In this document: piece by piece, positions 47,143-56,738 of the stretch
Position numbering within the stretch: position 1 is the stretch's first letter
Layout of the letters: each line of letters begins with the position of its first letter
DNA from: Escherichia phage PhaxI
DNA: 64,000 nt
Strand: one strand, 5' to 3'
Sequence record: JN673056
Made by a program: the position numbers and the translations under genes
Notes under the pieces: model-generated
Told to the model about the DNA's origin: nothing
Databases searched by the model: none
Seen by the model: the letters and a program-made list of their open reading frames with translations, nothing else

Positions 47143-47841
47143 TCAATCCTCCGGATGATGTATGCCGTCTTTATCAACTCGGAACCACTCAGGAAGTTCC
47201 GACCATGGCATGTTCAAATCATTAGACATTTCAATAATTATCTCTTTGATGACGTTTGGGTCCCCACCGCCCGAACCATCATCAACCCAATAATCTTCTC
47301 CATAGATGTGACCATGTAATTGAAAATTGAATGAACAATCTATGTGTGGTGATTCTGTTGCGTCTCCTTCCCAGTTGTCAGAAATCGTGTGATTTACCAA
47401 CATTATCTTCACGTTCTGATCTTGAGATAGCGTATCCGTGTCTTTTATCTGACAATCAATAGAAGGAGTGAACACAGAATAAATTTGTTCTAATACTTGC
47501 AACATTTCGACCAATTTTTTAGTTCTGATATTGTATTCAAAATCTATAATGATCGGAATGCGTTGTTTGGACCGTGCCGTAGCGGTCGATATTTGGTTGT
47601 GGTATGACTTCGTCACCTGTTTATTGATTTCGAACTGACCAAAGGACATTGTTGCAAATGGCAGCATATTGGCTGGCACGTTCCTGTTGAGGTCATTACG
47701 GCGGCCAATGGCCATATGCAGCGGGATTTCCATCAAGCCACGTTCGGTTTTGACTTTTAAATCTGACATGATAGCGTTGAACACATGTATGTATTTCAAC
47801 AATGATTCATGATAGAAATATTTTTCAAATGGTCTGGCCAT
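47143..47841 (-). CDS. tail sheath stabiliser/completion protein (T4 gp15-like)
   Basis: N-terminus YFYHESLLKYIHVFNAIMSDLKVK resembles T4 gp15 YFYNSSFRRYATLMGDLFSNIQIK; synteny. Confidence 0.65.
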   Translation of the reverse strand: MARPFEKYFYHESLLKYIHVFNAIMSDLKVKTERGLMEIPLHMAIGRRNDLNRNVPANMLPFATMSFGQFEINKQVTKSYHNQISTATARSKQRIPIIIDFEYNIRTKKLVEMLQVLEQIYSVFTPSIDCQIKDTDTLSQDQNVKIMLVNHTISDNWEGDATESPHIDCSFNFQLHGHIYGEDYWVDDGSGGGDPNVIKEIIIEMSNDLNMPWSELPEWFRVDKDGIHHPED

Positions 47842-47843
47842 GA

Positions 47844-48485
47844 TTATTCCCCGAAGTCTATCTTCATTTTATTGGGCGAAAGATCTTTCTCTATTTCGTC
47901 CGCAAATTGGTTATCCGTTTGCAGGCTGGCGTCTTTGTACACACCGTCTCCTTCCAGATCCTGCAATCGTTTATCGATATCGTCTATTTCAGATACACCT
48001 GTATCGAAATCTTCGTTACCGTATTGGAACAACGTACATGGTAGGGAATATGTGTACCATTTCCCAAATTGCATGAATTCTTCATCGTTATTCGGGTTAT
48101 TCACTTTAAATATTTTGTTAGCCATAGGCAGATATATCAAATCACCTTCTTGAGGCATTTGTTCAAGGCCTGGACCATTACCAATAACTTCTGAAAAACG
48201 ACGACGAGCAATAGTGAATGTCACTTCATCTTGTAATTGGATACCGCCGAACTTTTCCCACATCTGTGTGTTGAAGCCTTGATAATCCTGCATATAAACT
48301 TCGATGTCAAACGCTTGGTCGAATTTGTGTTCGGCCTCGTTTAAAATTGGGTATTTTTCAACAATAGAACGTGGGATATACTTGACGTCAATCCCACGCA
48401 ATTGTATCATCTCGACCACCAAGTCATCAATTAATTTTTGAGTACCTTGGTGTGAAGTGTAATTAAAGTATCGAGAAGTAGCCAT
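47844..48485 (-). CDS. neck protein (gp14 position)
   Basis: Synteny only (upstream of gp15). Confidence 0.4.
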   Translation of the reverse strand: MATSRYFNYTSHQGTQKLIDDLVVEMIQLRGIDVKYIPRSIVEKYPILNEAEHKFDQAFDIEVYMQDYQGFNTQMWEKFGGIQLQDEVTFTIARRRFSEVIGNGPGLEQMPQEGDLIYLPMANKIFKVNNPNNDEEFMQFGKWYTYSLPCTLFQYGNEDFDTGVSEIDDIDKRLQDLEGDGVYKDASLQTDNQFADEIEKDLSPNKMKIDFGE

Positions 48486-48509
48486 AATATTTTCCTCAAG
48501 ATTTAAATA

Positions 48510-48516
48510 TATTTAG
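48510..48516 (-). promoter_or_regulatory. late-promoter-like motif CTAAATA upstream of gp14-position gene
   Basis: Minus-strand AACTAAATATAT about 25 nt upstream of ATG 48485. Confidence 0.35.
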
Positions 48517-48543
48517 TTGAATTTGTTTTTAAGGTGAATCAAT

Positions 48544-49254
48544 ATGATCGTCCTGACAGAAGGAATTGCTTCTAAAAGAATCAAATCATATGCTTCTTCT
48601 AGAGGTGGAATATTTCACGGATTTGTCGGTGGTAAATTTGTCACCAACCAAACTAAGTGCATTTTGTCTTGCGAATTTGGTCATGAATGGAACTCAGCAA
48701 CTTATGCGAATTTGATAAATAAAGGAAGTTGGTGTCCTTCGTGTCGTGGAAACAAGAAGATCTCAAATGAAGAAGCTAAAATCAGGATATCGGAGTACGC
48801 CGTAAGCAACGGTGGTAAATTCATAAATTTCATTGGCGGGAAGTACAAAGACAACGTGACAATTTGTGTCATGGAATGTTCTGAAACGCACAGGTGGGAA
48901 TCCAGGTACGGTAATTTAGTCAACAGCCGAAGTTGGTGTCCGTATTGCGCAGAATCGGGTTACAATTATTCTAAGGAAGGTTTCTTATATATTCTAGTCA
49001 ACGACGAAGGTTGTATGAAAGTGGGAATAACCAACTCGCCTAAGAAACGTATAAATTGTTTGAGAAGCACCACCCCGTTTTACTTCAACGTTCTAGAAAT
49101 ATTTAATTCAACTGACGGATTATTTGTTTCCAGGTTGGAAAGAATTGCCCATAGAATGTGTAAGAGCGCGGGGTATAAGGATTTTGACGGTGCTACCGAA
49201 TGGTTTGTATACGATGGATCAGTCGTAGATTTTATCAGAAATATTTTGAAGTAG
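48544..49254 (+). CDS. T5orf172/GIY-YIG-superfamily nuclease domain protein with two N-terminal zinc-ribbon repeats, plus-strand
   Basis: C-terminal GFLYILVNDEGCMKVGITNSPKKR...EWF fits the T5orf172 pattern; N-terminus has two about 70-aa repeats each with C..C..H.W...SWCP.C; SD AAGGTG. Confidence 0.55.
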   Translation: MIVLTEGIASKRIKSYASSRGGIFHGFVGGKFVTNQTKCILSCEFGHEWNSATYANLINKGSWCPSCRGNKKISNEEAKIRISEYAVSNGGKFINFIGGKYKDNVTICVMECSETHRWESRYGNLVNSRSWCPYCAESGYNYSKEGFLYILVNDEGCMKVGITNSPKKRINCLRSTTPFYFNVLEIFNSTDGLFVSRLERIAHRMCKSAGYKDFDGATEWFVYDGSVVDFIRNILK

Positions 49255-49316
49255 CCATGACTTTACCTCAATTTTGAAGGTATTTAGTCAATCATTAATT
49301 CTTTTGAGAATGATAA

Positions 49317-49529
49317 ATGATGGTGGAAGATATTAAAGAAACTCGTGACGGAAGGCGTGTGAGAATTATCTGTGTAGACGCTAAATCCGCCGATGGTTCA
49401 TATAACATTGTGGGTCTTATCAAAGACGAAAAGGGAAATGATTTTATTGAATGGTGGGATGAAAAGAACTTGGTTGATGGTTATATTCTAGCAAATTCAA
49501 ATCCTTCCGACCGCGACATCAAGTTATAA
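49317..49529 (+). CDS. small hypothetical protein (70 aa), plus-strand
   Basis: ORF between T5orf172 gene and bidirectional terminator. Confidence 0.35.
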   Translation: MMVEDIKETRDGRRVRIICVDAKSADGSYNIVGLIKDEKGNDFIEWWDEKNLVDGYILANSNPSDRDIKL

Positions 49530-49530
49530 A

Positions 49531-49558
49531 AGAAAGGCGGGATAACCCGCCTTTCTCT
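49531..49558. terminator. bidirectional terminator (AAAGGCGGG-ATAA-CCCGCCTTT)
   Basis: 9-bp stem with T-rich flanks on both strands; separates plus-strand island from gp13. Confidence 0.7.
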
Positions 49559-50310
49559 TATCCCATCATAAAATCGATAGGGTATTGCTGGCCAGTACGC
49601 AATTCTTCCTCCAACCGCTCTATCTCGGTCTCGGCCTCACTGAACATACTATCACCATCCAGTTCGATACCACCAGGGAGACGGATGCCTCTTGCCTTCT
49701 TAAGCACCTCTGCCCAACGGCGCTTGACCAATGCAGTCGCATACGCTTTCAACCACATATCATTCCATGCTTCAGCGTTTTCTTCCGATTCGGGGTCGAT
49801 ATTTTGATAACAACGAAAAGCCAGGGTTTCATCAACAATGGCAGCAAACTGCGGGTAAAGGCGTCGCTGGAACTTCTTGTACACAAAATTACGGCGAACA
49901 TTTAAGACGCTTGTGATATCCGACAGGCGTTGTTGCATGGAAACATAATCAATGAGACGAATAGAAACCAGCGCTGCTTTGGGGACAAGCATTGCTTGAG
50001 CCATTTGCCATTGAGGAGTTGCCCAGTTTCCGATTGACTCAATAGGAGGTCCAGGGATAACTTCAATCACATCGTCAATATCATCGGGAAATTCTATATA
50101 TCCCTTGTCGATATCTTCTTGTTTAACTTGGTACAGGAAGAACGCATCTTGGCTACCATCACGATGATATTCCCAAAATTTCTGCAGAGCATCATCGACT
50201 GCATCTTCGACTTGTGAACTGTCAAGGTTAATTTGGATCACAGGAGCGCCCAATTTACGCAAGACATAATTCATAAAAGATTTTTTGTCTCGAATCTTAT
50301 TGACGGCCAT
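49558..50310 (-). CDS. neck protein (T4 gp13-like)
   Basis: MAVNKIRDKKSFMNYVLRKLGAPVIQINLD matches T4 gp13 N-terminus ([21 protein letters not shown]); start set to ATG 50308-50310 with SD AAGGGG. Confidence 0.7.
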   Translation of the reverse strand: MAVNKIRDKKSFMNYVLRKLGAPVIQINLDSSQVEDAVDDALQKFWEYHRDGSQDAFFLYQVKQEDIDKGYIEFPDDIDDVIEVIPGPPIESIGNWATPQWQMAQAMLVPKAALVSIRLIDYVSMQQRLSDITSVLNVRRNFVYKKFQRRLYPQFAAIVDETLAFRCYQNIDPESEENAEAWNDMWLKAYATALVKRRWAEVLKKARGIRLPGGIELDGDSMFSEAETEIERLEEELRTGQQYPIDFMMG

Positions 50311-50638
50311 TGTTATTCCCCTTTTGCTGCAAATCAGATACAGTAATCCGCAGTGTGCGAACATCATCTGAAAGACTGCTGCTATTGAGTTTTAACTCAG
50401 CCATGTTTTGTTTGACATATGCGAGGTCAGTATTCATGATCGCCATACGTTCACTCATGTCATTCACTTTCTGAAGAACTTGATCCATCTTGTTGGAATC
50501 TCGTTCCAATACATTCACGCGCGTTTCCATCCCGCCCATGAACCAAAGGAACGATGCTGCCGAGACCAATGCAGAAGCCACGACGGCAGTTAAGATACCA
50601 CGGATGTCAAGCCCCGTTCTTTCAGCTTGCGTCGCCAT
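50297..50638 (-). CDS. membrane-anchored coiled-coil protein (113 aa)
   Basis: N-terminal TM segment ILTAVVASALVSAASFLWFMGG then heptad-like region. Confidence 0.4.
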   Translation of the reverse strand: MATQAERTGLDIRGILTAVVASALVSAASFLWFMGGMETRVNVLERDSNKMDQVLQKVNDMSERMAIMNTDLAYVKQNMAELKLNSSSLSDDVRTLRITVSDLQQKGNNNGRQ

Positions 50639-50909
50639 TCTGACCTCCTTCGGGGATTTCGATCCCCAACTTTTCGGCCATCATTTTGATTGTCGCCTCC
50701 AGATTAGATATCTGGTTTGATTGTTCAACAATGGTGGCTTCACGAGTTTCATTGCGTTGACGGGCTTGCAATGCAGCCATGCCAGCAGCGTGATCGGTGC
50801 AAATAATCGCGCCAGGGCAAGAACTGCTTCTCAACATGGATGCGTGCCCCTGTACTTTCATTCCACGCATATTTTTATCCTCTATTGGTTTGGTGGGCGT
50901 AAAGCCCAC
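50622..50909 (-). CDS. hypothetical protein (95 aa)
   Basis: ORF in operon between large structural gene and membrane protein. Confidence 0.35.
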   Translation of the reverse strand: MGFTPTKPIEDKNMRGMKVQGHASMLRSSSCPGAIICTDHAAGMAALQARQRNETREATIVEQSNQISNLEATIKMMAEKLGIEIPEGGQNGDAS

Positions 50910-50923
50910 CTTTCAACATTATT

Positions 50924-53900
50924 TCATGCCAGAGCAATAAGACGGAAGTCTTTGAATGAAGGAGGAGCAACTCGGTTCCCCCTTACAAGTGCTCTGACTT
51001 TCAGTCCAACGAACGGATTGTTGCTTGCCACAGTCTTATCATACTCATATTCAAAGAATGTAGAACCGTCGTTAACCAGAGGCGAAGTTGGAGTAACGTC
51101 TTCCCAATCCACGCTATCCATCTCTTGACCTGCTCGGAGCAGTTTTACCTGCACCTTCATGGAGGATTGAGAAGGCAGCATCGCCCCGAAGAACAACTTC
51201 ACAGTAGAACACGGATTATCAAATCCGATGTCCTTTGTCACGTATTTGAAGACATCTTCAAATGGATCCACACCGTATGAGTTGAAGATTACGCTCAGGT
51301 CATCGCCATCAATCATTGGAGCAGTGTACACGTTGTTTTCACTACGCGTCATGGTGGCTCGGATTTGGAAATCCCCGACCTGACGATAGATACCTTCAGT
51401 CGGCAATGCCACGTCAGTGTCAGTTTCAAACTCAGCCCAATCAGACATAGAATTTGAAGTGGCATCGCGATAACGGTATTCCAATTTCAGAATTGAACCT
51501 TCCAGAGCCGAATTGGTAACGCTGGCATAGAACATATCAACCAGATAATTGCCCAAGAAAGAAGCATTATCTCCACCGATTTGTCCATTGCTGTCTGCTG
51601 CCGTACCGACGTCAATCTTGAATGAAGTATAGCTCGCATCTGTCACAGTAAACGTTTTGTTAAGTTGTTCAGGAGTAAAGCCACAACCGCCTGTCAATTC
51701 AGAAAGAGTGACATTGTTCCCAGCAACCAAACCATGACCAGGTGCAAACACAGTCACAACAGAAGACCCGCTTACGCAGTTCAGAGTATTCAATCCCAAC
51801 GGACGTTGTTTTGGCCCGAGCTTCGGATCAAATGTTACAACGTTCTGCCCCGCAGCGAAGTTACAACGATATATGCGGAATTTCATATCAGCCATTTGGT
51901 TTGGAGACCATGTAGAACCGTTTGAAGAAGTGAAGAACACCCCTGTATACGGTTGTTTGGCGATATATTCGTTGGACAGAAGGTTTTTCTTGCCCATTTC
52001 CGCGATATACGCGTTGTAATCCTGAGTATTCGCCAACAAAACGATAGCAAACTCAGTCGATGCTTGCAGATACACCGGATAATCAAAGGTGAACTTCGTA
52101 CCGCCGGAAGAGTCTGTAGAGATCGTCACTTCAGACGGGTTCAAAGTTTTACGAGTAATGACTGTATGAGAAGGTAAGCCATTCTCCATCTCGCGAATTT
52201 CCAGAGTGATCGGAACATCACGTGACTTGGTAGAGAAGAATACTTCCACGCCTTCAATATACTCGCCGCCATTCTTAGTCGCTACCATAAACGATTGGGC
52301 AATCGGATCACGCCATTGGTCGACCACAACTTCAGAAGTGCTGGTTTCGGTGCGAGTACTAGCAGTGTAACCCAGGACACGAGTGTTGACAAAGGTCTTT
52401 TGAATACCTTGTTTCTTACCGAAAGATTTATGAACAATTTCTGCATTGGTCAGTGTATCATCCGCAGATTTACTGTCAACAGGGCTATCCGTTAAGCGGA
52501 ACACGTTGTCGCCTGTGTTGAACTTGATTGTATCGTTCTGTGGAACGCGGAATATACCTTTAACAGCACCATTGGCATCAGTGGTGATTGGGTCACCGAA
52601 ATTACCACCATTCGGTTTGCAATACAGATTGACGTCACGACCAGAGAAGAACGCATACATACGAGTGAAAGGTCGCAGCCCAGATGCGTCGAAAGAAATA
52701 TCGATCTCGCGCATGTATGGGATAACTTGCGTCTCCACAATCTGTTCACCAGTCATGGTCGTGGTTGTTTTGTCCGTGTATGTATATGCGGTGACATCAC
52801 GGGCAGAAACAGTCGTGCGGTAAGGATATCCCCCCCACACACCACCAGCGCCATGCGGTTCCCAAACACGATCAGAAACAGAAACAGTATGCCATGTTCC
52901 GTACACTGAACCTTCTTGTACAGTACCACGGGTGTTGATCGTTTCATTGATAATACGCGGCGCAACATAATAGTTTTCGAACCAGTAGTCTGTGGTCGGG
53001 TTAATCTTCAAGAAACCTTCCCAATTGAATACTGCATACGGGTTAACGTTGATCGTCGTCGTCGCATATTCTTGGTTCACTGAGATTTCAGGCGTGTAAT
53101 TACAAACCACCATCCCATCCATCACTTTGTTCCAGCCAACAGGAGTCATGTCAACAACGTTCTGTTGTACAAACGGGCGTAGACGTCCGTTTTCGGTATC
53201 GATAGAACCCATCCAATCTTCAGACAAGTCATCAATCAACCGGAAGTCTTTGAACGGATCAGCTGCAATACCATTTTTGAAACGGGGATTGCCCGTGATG
53301 GGGTCGAACACTTGCTGTGTCATCGCTGAAGATTCCAACTGTGACAGAGAGGTATAGTATTCAACATTGGAAATACGGGTTTCCAGTTTACCGATATCGC
53401 GCATTGTATACCGACGATTATCAATAGTTCGAATTTGGATATCATCAATATTCGGCGTATACGGCGGGATCAACAGTTCATACAAACGCATGGCGTTCGC
53501 TGGGATTGCTGGAGAAGCCAGGTTGTTAGAACTGATGCCACGAGCCACTCCGAACACGCCGTTGTCTGCCAGATAAATCGCGTCGATGCGCGGCAGATAA
53601 TATTCTGTGTCCAGAATAACTGCAGTGTTTGGACGAACCATATCTGTGTCAGAAGTTCCGTTGGTGATTTTCGGACGGAAATCCAAACTATCTGCCAGGC
53701 CGTACACCGCGCCTGATGTAGAAGATGTATAATTCGGGATATCTTTATAATCCATCGAAGTATACGAATCAGCAGAGAAGAAATCACCGGAACTGTGGGC
53801 GAAGTATTGATACACCACTGTATACGTCCCTGAGATTGCTCCAGCGCTGGATAACAAGTTAGACTTGTAATACCCTGCATCACGCTGTCCGCCGTCTAGG

Positions 53901-55762
53901 ACGAAGCTGGAGGTCACGTCTGCGCCAGTATCGTTTTTTACCGACACCAATTTCCAACCATCGTGATTCGCCAAAGGACGGCTAGTCTGCGAGGTGAACG
54001 TCACTGTTTCAGTTGTTTCAGTGATGGTCTTCGTTTTGATTGTGGCCGTGGTACGAATCATCAGCGCCAGCAAATTGATTGACTGGTTAGCATTACCACT
54101 GCCTAGAGAAATCTGCAGCGCCGAACCGACCGGAGAACCAGTCAAAGACAAAGAACCAGAGATATCGAACTGCGCTTCAGAACCATCAGATTTCGCTGCA
54201 GAGTACAACGAAAATTCTGGGGAAAAACTATATCCCAATGGAGCAGAAATAGAACCCGCGCCGCTGTTGTCCAACGTCACTTTATACGTTCTGAGAACAG
54301 TGTAGTTGATATCCACGGAGCCAGTTGGTGCTAAAGTCTTGACACCGAATACCGGAAGAGAGAAGATCAGATCTATCATAGAACTCTGGTTAAACTGATT
54401 GGATTCCAGTTCAGCAGAGAACATGGTGATACCGCTTTCTTCGTAAGACACTTTGGTGATAGTGGACGCGTCCCCAGTCACAACTAAATCACGCATGTAC
54501 AGGCGGAATTCAGTTGAATTGCGTTCAGCGGATATACACAACGCCGTGGCTTGAGTAGCGCCGGATGCATTCAATAACTTGTATCGCACAGTGCGAGATA
54601 TTACTGGAACACCTTTGGAGTTCTTGGTGACCAGATAATTCCCTGTAGCAACTGCGACAGGCGTGTTATTCAGGACATCGGTATCCCGTGCCTTGTCAAC
54701 GATCACCAACTCTTCCCCGACGTTTTCGATACGACGACCGCGAACATAGGAAATACCTGGTTTCATTACAGACACGAATTTACTTTCGTCGCCGCCATCA
54801 GCAGCATTGAATACACCACCATTGTTATTGACTTTCAGGTGTTCGCGGATGTCGATCTGGTGCGTTGAAACGTTGTAATCGCCGTTGGTTTCATACGTCC
54901 GTTGGGCCAACGTGTCTTCCAGAATATTATAGGTGGACTGAGTCACCATAGACTGGATTTTACCATCACGAACTTTGGCCAGTTCAACAAAGTCTTCAAC
55001 CACAGCATCATAATCAAATCGAGATAAGACCAGATCTATTCGAAGACGATGAGCGCCTGGGGCTTTGGAGTTAATCGTTCCCTGAGCATTTGAATAAAGG
55101 GATTCGTCTTCAGATTCAGTCACGATGGTTTCAGTGACTTTAAATCCGACGCGGTGGGAAGACGTGTTCGAAGTTTTATCAACGATAAGAGTTGCGTCAT
55201 CAACGTCTAGGAACATCCCACGAATGAAGTAAACGCCTTTCGTCATACGAGCAACGATAGAACCAGTCACAGCAGCCGCGATACCATAACCAATACGAAT
55301 GAAATTATCATTCACGTCGTAAGTCTGGAAATACAGATTATCGTTAACATGGAATCCGTCAGCATTACCCGCTTCAGTCATCTCAAGGATAGCCAGCATT
55401 GTATCAGGAGCAGACAGATCACGTTCAAGAGACAACACACGCGCTTTGGCGTTATTGTCTTTCCCCAAAACGTAGAGTTCAGAAATACCTTCCAGATCAG
55501 TGAATTCAGTACCACCAGCCAAAGTGAATTTCAAAGAGACTGCGGCATTGGTAATCGTCAGACCACCAGGGATAACCATAGAACCATCTTTGAACAAATG
55601 GTTGCCCAGTTTTTCAATTTGATCCTGAAGAATAGTCTGCATCTGGTTCAGTTCGCGAGTCTGAACCTTGATAGGCATCGGACGAAAAAGAATCCGTGAA
55701 AAACGTTTCCCAGGATTCCAGTCATCCCAATACGGGCGACGGTTTAAATTTGTAGATTGCAT
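50924..55762 (-). CDS. very large virion structural protein (1612 aa; putative baseplate/tail fibre component)
   Basis: Single uninterrupted ORF, ATG 55760-55762; location between tailspike cluster and neck genes; Thr/Ser/Gly/Asn-rich as in fibrous proteins; function inferred from context only. Confidence 0.5.
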   Translation of the reverse strand: MQSTNLNRRPYWDDWNPGKRFSRILFRPMPIKVQTRELNQMQTILQDQIEKLGNHLFKDGSMVIPGGLTITNAAVSLKFTLAGGTEFTDLEGISELYVLGKDNNAKARVLSLERDLSAPDTMLAILEMTEAGNADGFHVNDNLYFQTYDVNDNFIRIGYGIAAAVTGSIVARMTKGVYFIRGMFLDVDDATLIVDKTSNTSSHRVGFKVTETIVTESEDESLYSNAQGTINSKAPGAHRLRIDLVLSRFDYDAVVEDFVELAKVRDGKIQSMVTQSTYNILEDTLAQRTYETNGDYNVSTHQIDIREHLKVNNNGGVFNAADGGDESKFVSVMKPGISYVRGRRIENVGEELVIVDKARDTDVLNNTPVAVATGNYLVTKNSKGVPVISRTVRYKLLNASGATQATALCISAERNSTEFRLYMRDLVVTGDASTITKVSYEESGITMFSAELESNQFNQSSMIDLIFSLPVFGVKTLAPTGSVDINYTVLRTYKVTLDNSGAGSISAPLGYSFSPEFSLYSAAKSDGSEAQFDISGSLSLTGSPVGSALQISLGSGNANQSINLLALMIRTTATIKTKTITETTETVTFTSQTSRPLANHDGWKLVSVKNDTGADVTSSFVLDGGQRDAGYYKSNLLSSAGAISGTYTVVYQYFAHSSGDFFSADSYTSMDYKDIPNYTSSTSGAVYGLADSLDFRPKITNGTSDTDMVRPNTAVILDTEYYLPRIDAIYLADNGVFGVARGISSNNLASPAIPANAMRLYELLIPPYTPNIDDIQIRTIDNRRYTMRDIGKLETRISNVEYYTSLSQLESSAMTQQVFDPITGNPRFKNGIAADPFKDFRLIDDLSEDWMGSIDTENGRLRPFVQQNVVDMTPVGWNKVMDGMVVCNYTPEISVNQEYATTTINVNPYAVFNWEGFLKINPTTDYWFENYYVAPRIINETINTRGTVQEGSVYGTWHTVSVSDRVWEPHGAGGVWGGYPYRTTVSARDVTAYTYTDKTTTTMTGEQIVETQVIPYMREIDISFDASGLRPFTRMYAFFSGRDVNLYCKPNGGNFGDPITTDANGAVKGIFRVPQNDTIKFNTGDNVFRLTDSPVDSKSADDTLTNAEIVHKSFGKKQGIQKTFVNTRVLGYTASTRTETSTSEVVVDQWRDPIAQSFMVATKNGGEYIEGVEVFFSTKSRDVPITLEIREMENGLPSHTVITRKTLNPSEVTISTDSSGGTKFTFDYPVYLQASTEFAIVLLANTQDYNAYIAEMGKKNLLSNEYIAKQPYTGVFFTSSNGSTWSPNQMADMKFRIYRCNFAAGQNVVTFDPKLGPKQRPLGLNTLNCVSGSSVVTVFAPGHGLVAGNNVTLSELTGGCGFTPEQLNKTFTVTDASYTSFKIDVGTAADSNGQIGGDNASFLGNYLVDMFYASVTNSALEGSILKLEYRYRDATSNSMSDWAEFETDTDVALPTEGIYRQVGDFQIRATMTRSENNVYTAPMIDGDDLSVIFNSYGVDPFEDVFKYVTKDIGFDNPCSTVKLFFGAMLPSQSSMKVQVKLLRAGQEMDSVDWEDVTPTSPLVNDGSTFFEYEYDKTVASNNPFVGLKVRALVRGNRVAPPSFKDFRLIALA

Positions 55763-55795
55763 TTTGATGCTCCATCGATTGCCATTTTATAGAGA

Positions 55796-55802
55796 TATTT
55801 AG
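55796..55802 (-). promoter_or_regulatory. late-promoter-like motif CTAAATA (also TATAAAAT nearby) upstream of 1612-aa gene
   Basis: Minus-strand TACTAAATATCTCTATAAAATGG 20-40 nt upstream of ATG. Confidence 0.4.
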
Positions 55803-55830
55803 TATACAGCCAATAAACAGATAGAAATAA

Positions 55831-55856
55831 AAACCCCGCCTAAGCGGGGGTTTTGT
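55831..55856. terminator. bidirectional terminator (CCCCGC-CTAA-GCGGGGG) with T-runs on both strands
   Basis: AAAACCCCGCCTAAGCGGGGGTTTTGTT. Confidence 0.7.
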
Positions 55857-55919
55857 TAAACAGTTACGTTATAATGTTTACTACATCATTAAAATATTGA
55901 TTAATTTACTACTATGCTG

Positions 55920-56543
55920 TTAATCAGTATACGCCATCAAGAACATAATAAGCTCATCATAGCGTACTCCGTACCTTACTCCTGCTGGTTTAACTATTAC
56001 AACTTCTTCTAACGTTTCTGGATTAATGATTATTTCAGAAGACGCTTCCCATTCGTCCTTGCACCAGAATGCGTAATCCTCTGGTTTAAGTCCGTGCTTT
56101 GTCAGGATAGAACCAACAGTTTGCGCACCAACGCCGAAGTGGACTCGTGCAGACTCTTCTCCCTTAATTTCTATAGCGTCAGTAAACTTATAGCGAATAA
56201 TATTATTGCGAATTTCATTAGCCGCTTCCCTTTCCGCACTCTCGTTTGTTGCTGGGGTTTTTACCTTCAGTGTTTCATCGGAGGTGCTTATTGTTCCCGT
56301 TGCAGCATAGACAACAGACCATCTATGTGATGTATATCCTAATACGGTCGTATTGTCTGTATCAGGCATAAATCCATTGTATCCACCAATCTTAAGGTCG
56401 CCATTTGGGTTTCCGGATGACGTTTTACCATCATAACTTCTCAGAGTTACTCCTTTCGTTCCGGCAGTGGTATCTACCAAGATACCAGCGTTGGTAGAAC
56501 CTAGAAGCTGAATTCCACTATTATCATTACGCAAATCCTGCAC
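55920..56543 (-). CDS. hypothetical protein (207 aa), possible C-terminal fragment or accessory of tailspike
   Basis: GTG start in track; frame is open about 50 codons further upstream; lies directly downstream of a short tailspike ORF. Confidence 0.35.
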   Translation of the reverse strand: MQDLRNDNSGIQLLGSTNAGILVDTTAGTKGVTLRSYDGKTSSGNPNGDLKIGGYNGFMPDTDNTTVLGYTSHRWSVVYAATGTISTSDETLKVKTPATNESAEREAANEIRNNIIRYKFTDAIEIKGEESARVHFGVGAQTVGSILTKHGLKPEDYAFWCKDEWEASSEIIINPETLEEVVIVKPAGVRYGVRYDELIMFLMAYTD

Positions 56544-56738
56544 AGGTGCTTCAAGTACAGTTGCTGTAAATTTCCATTTTGTATCGGAATAAAATTCAGC
56601 AGGTGAAGTATCATCACTTTGTATGATTACCGCTTGTTTGCCAGATTCTCTTCTACGACACCAGCAATATTTTTCTGGGTTGGATCCCAGTTACTAGAGA
56701 CAAGCACCCCATCAAATTCTACTAATGATTCAAAAGGT

